The position numbers and the translations under genes were made by a program. A stretch of DNA of 64,000 bases from Ptychomitrium polyphyllum (taxonomy: Eukaryota), in the NCBI GenBank assembly GCA_973851085.1, contig OZ316775.1, positions 496,001 through 560,000 of the forward strand. Direction: 5' to 3'. A model generated the notes under the pieces. The model did not search any database. It worked only from the letters and a program-made list of their open reading frames with translations, and was not told the origin of the DNA. Positions 38,568 to 50,197 of the stretch are shown here, in pieces (the first letter of the stretch is position 1; every line of letters starts with the position of its first letter).

Positions 38568-41206
38568 ATGGTGAGGGAGGGTACGGCGCTGGTGGCGACC
38601 AAATGGGTGGGGTTAGCGGCAGCCATCTGGGTGCAAGCGTCGGCGGGAAACGCTTACATGTTTGCATTTTACTCGCCGTCGCTCAAGACAGTGCTGCATT
38701 ACAACCAGCTGCAGCTTAACAACTTGGGTGTGGCGAAGGACATCGGCGAGAACGTGGGTCTCCTCGCTGGTCTCCTCTCGAACAAGATTCCTGCGTGGAC
38801 ACTCTTGTGCATCGGTGCTCTTTTCGGCTGCCTGGGTTACGGTACCTTGTGGCTTGTCGTGAGCGGGCAGATTGCTCCCCTGCCTTACTGGCAGGTTAGT
38901 GCTTCCCTTTCTCTTTGTCCACGTTTTCATACCCTTCTTCATGTTTCGAAGCGATGGCTCTTTGAAGTTTCCAAGTTTTGAATTCGTGAGCAAGGACTGG
39001 CAATTTATTTAATTTTTTTGAGTTTGTTTTTGACAGTGGATTACAGCACTTATTCGTGACCACTCACACGTGCATTAAACCGCTTGTGAATATCCCTTCC
39101 TCACGAGAAGAAACTTATAACCGTAGCAGAGAGTTGTCATGTGGTGTTGAGATCTCAATCAAACTCTGTACCTGACGGAAACCTTGTCTGAATCCTCGTG
39201 AAATAAAAACCATAATTAGGTTTTGGATTCTTGTCGAACTCACGTGATGGTTGTATTGTGAAATATAGTTGTGTATTATTCAAGGCATTGGCAGTAATTC
39301 GGCTACATGGTTCAACACAGCGGTTCTGGTCACATGCATGCGCAATTTTCCGCATTCTCGTGGAAGCGTGGTGGGCATTCTCAAGGGTTTCGTGGGGCTC
39401 AGTGCTGCCATTTTCACCCAAATCTACACATCCCTTCTGACAGACAATGCAAACCTCCTCCTTCTCTTCCTCACAGTCGGTCCCACGGCAGTGTGCCTTG
39501 CGTCCATGCTACTCGTCCGGCCCGTGCCTGCCGTTGGTAACGTCCGAGATCCGGAGGAACGTAGCAATTTCCACTATGTAACTGCTGTGTGTGTCGCCCT
39601 GGCGGCTTACCTTCTCGCAATCAATCTTACCGAGGAGCTGCTAGAGATGAACAGATTCATCCCCGTAGTGTTGACGGCTGTGATGGTTATCTTTCTAGTG
39701 GCCCCTCTTGCCATTCCTATAAAGACCTTGTCCGAGGAGTGTTGCGGAATTAGTCCAATCAACGAGGATTTGCATGGCGTCCAGGAGCCTTTTCTGAAAG
39801 AGAATACCGACACGGATGCTCAGAACCCGAGTCCGCCTTTGATGATTCGAGGTGCGGAAGAAGACGGGAGATCCATTGACGAGGTTGCGACTTCCATACA
39901 CCCCGAAGAAGGTCACGCTTTGGATCAAGAAGAGAAAGGGAAGAAGGTCACGCTTCACGAAGACGTCGTGGCGAAACTCAACCAACAAGAGGAGGATGCA
40001 GAAACGCTTCTAGTTGTTGGGGAAGGAGCAGTAAAGAGACCAAAAAGAAGACCAAGACGGGGAGAGGATTTCAAGCTCAGACAAGCGCTAGTGAAGGCCG
40101 ATTTCTGGATTCTGTTCTTGACGTTCTTCTGTGGAGTGGGGACTGGTGTCACCGCGATCAACAACTTGGGGCAGATTGGCGAAGCTCAGGGATACAACAA
40201 CGTGAACATTTTCGTCTCTTTGATCAGTATTGCGAATTTCCTGGGACGTCTTGGCGGGGGTTCCTTGTCTGAGCACTACATTAGGTACAGTACACTTCCA
40301 GTACCTCTGAATCTCTTAGATTGAACGCACTCCTTTGTGCTCCTACGATCAACGCTGAGTATTGTTCCACTGACTGAAAACAGGTTCTTTTTTGTATTCA
40401 AGTTTTTCATCTTGTTAGTGATTTCAAGAGTATTCCGACGCTTGTATACATGTATGATTTAGATTTCGTACGAGTTAGTTATGAATTTTTGCAGTGCTGC
40501 TCTTCCTTAGAGAGCCACCTGGTTTTGTTGTACAGCTTACGTCCTCTGTAAACTGATATGTACTGAATGCCTTCAGATTTTGGTAGTTGGGCTCAACGAA
40601 TAATCAGCCCCAACTGCCTTACAAACTGTTCAAAGGAGTAATGATTTGCATTTTTACGTAACGACTTGTTTCTGTCCAAAATTTGACCTGAATGGGGATT
40701 TTGCTTGCAGGACGGATGCAATTCCCAGGACTGTGTGGCTAGCATTGGCTCAGATCATCCTTATCTTTGTGCACCTTATGTTTGCTTCTGCACTCCCAGG
40801 CACGCTCTACGTGGGATCAGTGCTACTAGGGTTATGTTATGGCGTCCACTTCTCAATTATGGTGCCCACAGCATCTGAGCTTTTCGGGCTCAAGCATTTC
40901 GGCATGATCTACAATTTTCTGACCATAGCCAGTCCTTTGGGTTCGTTTCTATTTTCGGGGCTAATAGCTGGGTACCTGTACGACCGAGAAGCTGCCAAAG
41001 ACTCGGGTGTGGACAGTTATCTTCACACAAAGGAGGTCTGCAATGGTGCCCATTGTTTCCGACTGACTTTCTATGTCATGGCGGCTGTGGCCGCTTTTGG
41101 AGTGCTCTTGACAACTGTGTTGACGTACAGGATACGACGTGTGTACATTGCTTTGTACAGGAAATCTCCCCATCCTTCTTCTTCCGACCTGAAGTCACTA
41201 GAATAA
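38568..41206 (+). CDS. nodulin-like / NFD4-like major facilitator superfamily transporter, about 612 aa
   Basis: Exons 38568-38894, 39269-40284, 40711-41206 (1839 nt, GT-AG). Motifs: KWVGLAAAIWVQASAGNAYMF..YNQLQLNNLGVAKDIGENVG; WFNTAVLVTCMRNFPHSRG..LKGFVGLS; RRGEDFKLRQAL..DFW..GTGVTAINNLGQIG; PTASELFGLKHFG; C.GAHCFRLTF. Confidence 0.93.
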
Positions 41207-42368
41207 AATTGGCCGATCGTAGAGATTGTCCTGAGCGCATTTGTACATTGATACAGACTCAATTTTGATAACCGAATTATTTGACATATTTAAACAAGTT
41301 TTTGTGCAACTCGTGGACTCGTGCTTTTAAAAAATAGAGCACTTAGTTGAAGCCGGACTCTTTAACGCTTTGGACGTGTGTAGTAGTTTCCGAGGTTGGA
41401 ACTATTCAACAAACTCAGACCAACGGTTCATAAAGGTAATGGACTGCTGAGAATGTGGATATGTACCTGCAAGTGAAAATATATTGACATGCCGGGGCTT
41501 ATTCTGCGAAACCGTGACCAGGTCAAATAGATGATTTTCTTCTCCCATGAGAATTAGCACTTTCCAATCCATGTAAGAAGTTCAAGTAAATCGCATAGTT
41601 ACATCTTTGTAGAAGCAGGTAAAGCACCCTCTAGGTGCACAATAATAGAGCACGTGAAGTACGTAAGAAGGAAGTAACATACACATCAAAGGAGAGTCAA
41701 TGTTAGCAAGTGAAACTCGCACACCATGCTTGAGACATGTTCAAACACCACGTTTGATGCATGAGGCCAGTAAGCATGTGGAACTCAAAGGAAGAAGAAT
41801 TCACACAACATCAAAGGAAGCTCAAATTCCTCTTTATCTCAGTCTGAAAACATTTCCGTCTGAAATAAGCAAGCGTTTTGGAAAACTGGAACACAGAACA
41901 TGGACGCATTACTGAGAAGATGAGAAAAAGGGTTGAAACCTTCTCCTTCAGTCGAGTATTGGACGTCCAAGACTACTGAGAAGGCAATACACGGCTTGAA
42001 ATTAATCAACGACAAGCCACGTGAGTCTCAAAATTAAAGAACTAAATCAAAGATCGTAACGAAGATCCCGAGCAGACAATCATAACGAGCTCATTGGCCT
42101 CCACAACTAAAATTCTGCATTTAAGAGATGCCAAGATTGTACAAAGTAGCCAATTGCGAAGGAGAGCCCAAAGATGGCCATCAAAAATCAACCGATACTA
42201 AATTCTAAATAGCGACCTCAAATGGCTGCAGCTCTGTTCCAGGATCTAGACTTCCAGCACAACGTCCGAGTCTGCAAGCCTCTGTCCATCTTCTCTCAGG
42301 CTCAAAACTTTTAGCTCACCCAAAAAATGCTCAGAACTCAGAACGAGAATCTGACGAATAACATGGTC

Positions 42369-42844
42369 CTACACTGCTGGTGCCGCCTTGACGGCTTGCT
42401 CTTGAACCATCTTGGGTGGCCTGACAGAAAACAAAAACTTCTTGTCATTAGGGTTTGACGACTTCTTGTCTCCCTTGTGCTGGCAAACGACGTTCACCGT
42501 CTTCCTCTCCCTCATCCACCGCAACATCATCTTCAGGTGCTGCTTGCTCTTCAACGCATGATTCTCCATCTACAACAACATCATTAAATCCCATCGCACT
42601 CGTGAGGACTTCTCCAAATGCGCCAGAGAATGTGCAGGCAAATCCTGATTGCAGAAACATGAAAAGAACAATCGGTTGCTAGAGAACTGATTACCTGAGA
42701 GGCACGGCTCCAGCATTCAGTGGCAGTGATCGGGCCGTGCTGCTCAAGAATTTTATACAGTGCCTGCGAGGCGCTCTCCACCTGCTCGCCCGCACTGGAA
42801 AGCTTCCCCGGGCGAGAACACAACCTCCTCGCAGTGGCGAACAT
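42369..42844 (-). CDS. small mitochondrial protein, At1g73940/At5g49410-like (plant mitoribosomal mL80-like family), 116 aa
   Basis: Exons 42844-42695 and 42569-42369 (phase-0 GT-AG intron). Mitochondrial presequence-like MFATARRLCSR. Core ALYKILEQHGPIT..CW..A....LKSKQHLKMMLRWMRERK.V.VVC.H.G...KKFLF matches that family from memory. Confidence 0.72.
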
Positions 42845-44242
42845 GGCTCCTCCTCCTACCTCGAACCTGCGATACAAAACCCCTAACCCAGCTCCTCTGC
42901 AATCCCAAGTATGCTCTCGCTCCGAAAAGTCAACCACACATACCCACCTTGGTCCCTCTCCTGCCCGTGGATGGATGGATGTCTTGTTCAACACTCCTGT
43001 TCTCATCTCAAGTCCAGAGCCCAACTAACTTTCTTGACCAAACTTTAGCACTGTGCTTTCTTGTTAGCACTGAGCAGCATGTGATCAGATGAACAATCGT
43101 CTTATGGGTTGCATATTTTCTTCTGGGTTTGATGTATGGAAGCTCGTGCTCTGTTCCAGTAGCGGAGGTTTGAGTTTTGCAGTGGAGCCATGCTGGGGTG
43201 TTTCAAGAATTTATTAGCGCTGTGGTGAGTAAACTTTGATGCAATTGTTAGGGTCTATAGTTTTGATGTGTGGATTTAAGTGCAAGTTCTACGGGTTTGG
43301 AGGATTTGGAGAATGTCATGACGAGAACCAGGGGGTTAATGTTAGTGTGTCTGGTCGGTTGATTGATTGAACTTTCGTGAGGATGAGTTGTTGGCTTCCA
43401 TTCTTGAAGTTTTGTTTAAATGGTGAAAAGGGAGGTCGCCTCTGTCTGGACAATGTGATCAACAAAGAGGTTCTTTTTTCTTTTTCTTGTTGGTCTGAAC
43501 CTCATACGTTCTTACATAGCATTCAATCTGATTATTTCCAGAAGTGTGAGTATTGTACATCTGCGATGGAGATCCAATTTGGAATGTCGTGAGGCACTGC
43601 TGGGTCAAATTAAGTCATTATAAACTTGAAAATGTAGAACGAGAAATTGTTGCAATCAGGAATGTGACAAATCCTCATCACAAAACCACCGTTATCATCT
43701 TCAAGGTGCAGGGGCAATGTCATGCTACATGGTGATGATTTTGGAAGCGTGACCTTGGTTGTGACTTTTCCCTGATGAATTTTCTGGACAAGTAGGTGCA
43801 TCGACTTGATCCTCGTACACAACAACACGCTGTAATTAATGTGAAATGTTAATCATTGAATTAACAAACTTGCAGGCTCTAGGTCAGTTGACAGTCACGC
43901 AAATCGATTACAAGATGGACATTTGCACTTCGTATTGATCAGTACAAATTGGATCTTCTTTTTATGAGTTATATGCTACTCAGAACAGGTTCTGATTTTC
44001 GTTTACATCGTCTCTTTCCCTTACCACGATTAGGGGTTCATGCCTTCGCTTAGCGTTCCTGTGAGATTCAAGTCTCCATCAGGATTATGTAGACTCTGAA
44101 ACATGCGACAGGAAGATTAATATCTCGATTCGAAGTTTCTTTTTCTCCTTTTTCTACTTTCGGGTAAATACTTCTCCTTGCCCCAGACGCATGACTTCCT
44201 CATGTGTGTTTGAGTTTTGCTGCGTAGTTTCCAATTCCCACA

Positions 44243-45046
44243 ATGGCAAATGTTGTGTGGACCAAAGAAGACATCCTCGCTCTTCTTGAGGCCTACAGCG
44301 ACAGATACCAGCAATTCAACATCGGAAATTTCCGCCCTCTGGATTGGGATTATGTGCTCATTTCAGTGAATGCAAATAAGCAGCCTGGTGTGTTGGACAA
44401 AACCAGGCAACAGGTGAAGAATAAGATGGAGAACATGAAGAAAAAATACAGACAGGAGAAAGGAGCACATATCCCTGGGCTTCCCATCAAGTGGTCGTAT
44501 TTCAATGATATGGACAGGATCTTTGGCAACAATCCAAGAGTGCTTCAGACCCTTGATGTTGAAAATACTGCTCCAGTTCCGAAGAGTGTTATTAAGTCTG
44601 AGGAAGGTTGCAGTCCAAATACCCCGGTCATTGAAGTTCACCTGTCTGTTGACTTGAAGGAGTCTGAAGAGTTTTTTCCAGAAAGCACTTGTTTAGCCGA
44701 AGGGGACACCCCTCCTGCTACATCTGTACAGGTTGAGAATGCGCCTGATATTCACAGCAACTCCTCGGCAAGGAAAGGCAAGAAACGGAGACACAATTCC
44801 TATCATAGCCCCGCAAAGGCACTTGCTGGGGCCATCACAAAGTTTGGGGAGTTGTGTACACAGCTGGAACGAGACAGAGCGGAACGAGAAGAGAGAAGAA
44901 CGGAACGAGAAGAGCGAAGACTGAAGGAGAACGCAGACAGAGAGGAAAGAATTCTCAAGATGCAGATGGACATGCAGTTGCGGTTGGCGGAGTTGTTCAC
45001 CCTTGGACAACACCCTAACAGAGGTCTACCTACTGGAGAGGTTTGA
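44243..45046 (+). CDS. intronless trihelix transcription factor (SIP1/ASIL-like; Myb/SANT-like domain plus C-terminal coiled coil), 267 aa
   Basis: WTKEDILALLEAY..NFRPLDWDYV..KTRQQVKNKMENMKKKYRQEK..WSYFNDMDRIFG; NLS-like RKGKKRR; ALAGAITKFGELCTQLE..ERILKMQMDMQL coiled coil. Confidence 0.88.
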   Translation: MANVVWTKEDILALLEAYSDRYQQFNIGNFRPLDWDYVLISVNANKQPGVLDKTRQQVKNKMENMKKKYRQEKGAHIPGLPIKWSYFNDMDRIFGNNPRVLQTLDVENTAPVPKSVIKSEEGCSPNTPVIEVHLSVDLKESEEFFPESTCLAEGDTPPATSVQVENAPDIHSNSSARKGKKRRHNSYHSPAKALAGAITKFGELCTQLERDRAEREERRTEREERRLKENADREERILKMQMDMQLRLAELFTLGQHPNRGLPTGEV

Positions 45047-45828
45047 CCATTACTATTAATCATCGCTATTTGCTCTTCTACTGCTATCCCGCCTGTTTAT
45101 TTATCATAATAACACCTGTGGAAGTTTTAGTGTTATGAAGGTTCTATGTATTTTGCCTAAGGTGTGGTAATGAAGATACACCTTGAGTGACGATACTGAT
45201 CTCAAGGGTACAATGTTGCTTCTTTCCAGGAAATCAATAAATGAGGCACAGACGGAGCTCAAATAATGAAATTATCTTTACGCGTCACAAACCAGGTGAA
45301 TAAGAATCAGTAATATTACCGAGCTTGTAAAACGTTCTGTACATCTTAGAAATCACCCCAACATAGTATTCTGCCCATACTAACCAACGACAATGACAAG
45401 TGCACCTTGATCAAGACTTCGTGGACACAAGATTATTACCATATCTGGCAAGCCAACCATCCATAAGGTAAGTCAAACAAACTGAAGTAGATCATGTATT
45501 CAAGTTCTATGCTGTGTGTTCTCCCCTCAAGAACGAGGTCCGTGAGTCGAAAATACAAAAACTAGGTCAAAACTTTATTAGCAGATGTATACATATATGA
45601 ACCAAAGTCTCTACTCATTTTGCCGGAGTATGATTCTAGCAAACCTATTAACCTCTAATGCAGCATGATTAGCAAACGTAACCTCCGTGGCATTGTGCCA
45701 ATCAAATTCTCAGTGAAAGCACAAGCCTTGAAAATTTGGACGTCAATTAGAGTCATCATAAATGGAAGCAGTAATGAACACCGGCCTCTTGAACACATAT
45801 TGAGCTGTTGAGATCATGTCACACGATC

Positions 45829-46732
45829 TTACACTCCACGGGTTGTGTGGCTGGCGGTTCCATGCTGGATATGAACAAACGACTGCTCTTGCGCTGCTTT
45901 GCCACCGATGACACCTCGAGAAGTGCCAATGTCGGCGGTGCCCACCGGAGGCACTATTCCCTCCCGCACATTATATGCGGCAGCGCTCTGCACTCTGGCT
46001 GCCGCAGAGCCCTTGCCAGTGCCGTGCCCTGCCTTGTCTTCCGCGCTCCGCACTTCGGCTGCAATTTGGGGAGTGATTGGGATTCCATTAATCTCCTTGC
46101 TCTGCATTGAACAAAATCAAATCGATCTCATCAGAATGAATGTAAGCGCAAAACTTACTCATTTGTTTTAATTTCAGAACCTGTTAGATACTTAGCAACA
46201 CACCTCGTAAGCCCCGCCGCCGACTTTTTCAATGTTGGGAATGTCTTCTGCTGTCAACGGAGCAGTCCTCACCACTAAGCCGGGCACATCAGATGTCAGT
46301 TTGAGCTTGGGATTCCCATCAACAATAGGCTCTTCAGCTACATGATCATCCGTGTTACTAGTTGGCTTGGCCAGCTTCACACCCTGGTCCAACAGAAAGT
46401 CCTCTGGTCGCTTGAATTTACGTCGGCATATTAGAGCATACTACATTTGTATTCAACCAAATTTTCTCTGGGAAGTGATGAGTATGGTTGCAGAAAAGAC
46501 TTCTTCAAGTACTAGCTACTAACTCAATTCCACTTACCGTAAGACGTTTCTCTCCCTGAGGGGTGGCGTGATTGGTGGTGAAGTAGTTGTCGGCGTCAAA
46601 CTTCGTTCCTGCAGATGTTCCAAATGTCACTGAATTGGCAGCTGAGGTGGTCGCATGAGCAGTTCGCTGCACTTCGTGTGTCGCAGGCTCCACAATGCGG
46701 TTAGGCTCCGCTTGGTTTCCTAGGGTTGCCAT
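45829..46732 (-). CDS. LEA-like protein with a C-terminal seed-maturation-protein (SMP) domain
   Basis: Exons 46732-46538, about 46440 (or 46410)-46204, 46101-45829, with phase-0 GT-AG introns. The last exon PITPQIAAEVRSAEDKAGHGTGKGSAAARVQSAAAYN fits the SMP motif (PIT..DAA.I.SAE...G..AA..QSAA..N). Confidence 0.7.
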
Positions 46733-47649
46733 TTTCAAGATCTGCATGCACATCATAGATCGCAGTCAAGTTACTTGACATGCTCTAGTCGACGTAGGTG
46801 TTAAGAAATTGACGGAAGAAACTCAGGAAACCGGAACTCTCAATCTGCACGAATTACCCAGGCTCATCCAAGACTCAAACGACACAAACTAACCCGTGGG
46901 TTCAAGAGTGCCACTGGCACAGAAAAGACGACAATCTTGTGAAGATTGTACGAGTACTTGCAAAATTTACCTGTAATGGTCTCTCACGATCGGACGCTCT
47001 CCACCGAGTCCTCAAGCTGGTTTCCAAAAGTCTCTAGGCTGCAGATCAAGCCTCGACAAGAGACGAGACGAGAGAGTCTAAGAAGCAATGACGACGAGGG
47101 TGAGAAAGGCCCGGGGCTCCATGATCCAATGTCATGCAGAAGCCAAGTCGCAGATTCAGAATAGAAGATGCAATGCAATGCAAACTGGCAACAGCACAAC
47201 CAGGAACGCCATGCAAAACGCCCAAGTTGCGGCATGTGTGTCATTTCAGAAGGGGGAACTGTGGGCAGAGCATGGCATGGCAGCCCCGATGACCGTGCCC
47301 TCACCAGTTCTGCAGGGCCAAATAATTGCAAACCTTCCTGTTCCCAACCGCATGACCCCCGGCGGTGCACTTCTTGGAAACCAACGCTTCTAGAAAAGGA
47401 AGCCACGGGAGGTAGGGACACGGTATCACGCCGGACTTCCCAGCCCCACCAACCATCCAACACAAGTCCCTCCAAATCCATTTGGAGCCTACTGGTTCGT
47501 CAGCCTCTGGGACAACCCAAGGAGCCACCCTATATGTGTGGCTACTTATGATTCATGATCGTTGAACCACTACCATGGAAGCCTTTTACATTGGTTCCCT
47601 CTCCTTGACAACGCAATTCAATGCTTGTTGTCATCCAGCAGTGGAATGT

Positions 47650-49790
47650 TGTTTTAAATGATTGGAAATGGAAAACGTTCCTAGATTAAAAAAATTCACA
47701 CAATTTTCAAAAAGGACATACTTTTGTGCATTAGAATTTCTTCAATAAAGCCAACAACTTTTCTTTTTTTAATCACATCCTTCTAATAATAAAAAAATAG
47801 GAATAATTTTTTTGCACTTCCTTCACATACTAACTTAGATTCTAAAAAGAAAGTTCTTCCATTTGAATTTGGATACTAGATGTGTAAACAAAAATAATAA
47901 TTAATTAGATAGTTCTTTTTGCAATTTACTTTTAGGTCACATATCATCTTCAATTGGAAATTGAAGGCACCTTACCTGACAAGATTAGTAGACTTATAAT
48001 TTTCTTGAATTACAATTTTTACATTATAATACATAAAGTATTCTTCACAATAACAAGGCTTCATTAAATCTTATTATATTAAGGAATTTTGGACTTCTAA
48101 ATTTATAAAATATTGTTCCTATTTCAATGGAATAATGACTTCTACTCTTAGGGGTCATTATCAATAACCAAATGACACTAATGTCTAAGAATTGAAGCCA
48201 ATATTTTATTTGGATGCAAGTATTTCTTCATATTTTTGGTGTTCTAAAACGTCTTAAAATTTTCAAATATAATTATACCCTTGTTTCAATTGGTTGCTAA
48301 ATTGGTTGCAATAACATGTTGCAATAACGTATTCAAAACAATTTAGCATTAAGAATTCTAACAAACTTAGTAGTAGAATTCTTTGAAACAAATGACATTG
48401 TAATATGGTCAAATTTAAAGAAGAATATATTCTTTTTAAAAACTCAAACTTTTATAAAATTTTAGTAGGATTTTTACAAAATTTAAACTTCTACTAATAA
48501 CATTGATTCTCAAACTCAAAACCATAATTTATTGAGATGAAGGCAACTTCCAATGAATTTGTATTCAAAAGTCCACAAACAATATTCAATTTAGTGAAAA
48601 TTCAAATTTTCATTCAAATTAAGGTTATTTTGTTAATTGATATTGCCAAAAATTTGTCTTTAGATGGAAAAAACAAGTAATAAGTCAATTCCAATTTATC
48701 AAGAAAACAAATTTGTATATAAAAAATTCACAAGTTGAATTTTTAATTTGCATCTTCTTAGAACTTATTATTCAATGGCATAAGATTTGCACCTACAAAA
48801 AAGAAAGCGTGGATTACTCATATTCAAAATTATTTATGTGAAGTATGTTTTTGTCCTTGCTTTATTTATACTATAGCAATTACATAATATTATTAGCCTA
48901 TGGAATTTATGACCTAGTACTATCAAATTTCTTTTAATAATACTAGTGAACAACTTCTATTGGTACTATCAAATTTTTTCTAACAATGCTATTGGATGAT
49001 AGTCATTAATCTATTAGTTCAAACAATAAATATTGATTTTAAATTGTAAGATTGGAAAATCCAATATATAAACCCTCAATAAAAAGAGTTGAGGATATAG
49101 TTTATTTTTTACTAATCAAATTGCTAATCAAATTTATTAAAGAGTATTTTCCTACAGACTGGTTGTGACTAATTGTGTTGTATATAGTTTTTATTTGGTA
49201 GTTTATAGATTGTCTTAAGTATGTTTTTTCATTTTGTGTGAACATTCAATTGTAGGTTTTGTCCCTGTTTGGTAGTTACCAAACCTAATACATAGCAACC
49301 TACATTTGCATGGTAATTTATAATTATTTCTTTTAATAATCAAGATGTTGTTGATTTTTATTAAATGGACAATTGGACTTATGAGACGTCAAGTCCAATG
49401 GATGGTTGGTGATGGTAGAAAGGATAAATAAACAACATTAAGTAAATATCTTAAATTCTTTTTGAAAATAAAAATAAAAGCTAAAAATAAAAAACAAATG
49501 AGTAAAATCATTGATTTTTACAATTAAAAATGTGGTACAAAGTGTTTATTTATTTTTTGCATCCTACCCAAAATAATCATTAAACTTTAACTTTTCAATG
49601 GAATGAAATTCTTTTTATAATTTTAAAAAAGATAGCATAACTTTGTTTGTATATAAAATCTTATAAGTGTTAAAAGGATGTAGTGTAACTTTTTTAACTA
49701 TCTAATAAGTCAAAAAATTTGCTTAAACAACACAATTTACTTTTGTCTTATAAACCCTACTATTACATGCTATCAATAGCGGCCATACTT
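47650..49790. other. very AT-rich ORF-free block, probably degenerate repeat DNA
   Basis: No ORF over 60 aa in about 2.1 kb and sharp compositional boundaries. No element motif recognised. Confidence 0.4.
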
Positions 49791-50197
49791 GTCTTTATTT
49801 ACTTTTACTTGTTTTTGGATGAATGGTGAGAAAGAAAATCACGATGCGTAAAAGCGAATCCATTTCCGCACCATCTAAAAGGGGATCGAAAAGCACAGTC
49901 AAAATCATGAGGTTAATGTGGCAAGCGGGGGCCACGACGAATGTGCTCTCAGGCAGGCCCACGGCCAGAGCAACGGATAGAGATGCCACGTCAGGGGTAT
50001 GCGCAGTGGGAACGCAGCGGAGGGGGAACCAGTTTTGCTGCCGAAGTGCAGTGGCCTCCGCTTGACGGCCGCCGAGGAAGACCACGACGACGTCGAGCAT
50101 TCCTCACGGCGGAGTGCACGCATACCCCCGCGACGACTGCGCGCGGTGCTTTCTTGGCATATTGTGCTCTTTTCCATCGCGGTGGGAGGCAGTGGCC

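Noticed and set aside
44243..45046. PIF/Harbinger transposon Myb/SANT ORF
   Set aside because: No adjacent DDE transposase or terminal inverted repeats seen, and the C-terminal coiled coil fits SIP1/ASIL host factors.
46984..47551. 165-aa and 127-aa ORFs
   Set aside because: Lie in the 5'UTR/promoter of the SMP gene; no motifs or splice support.
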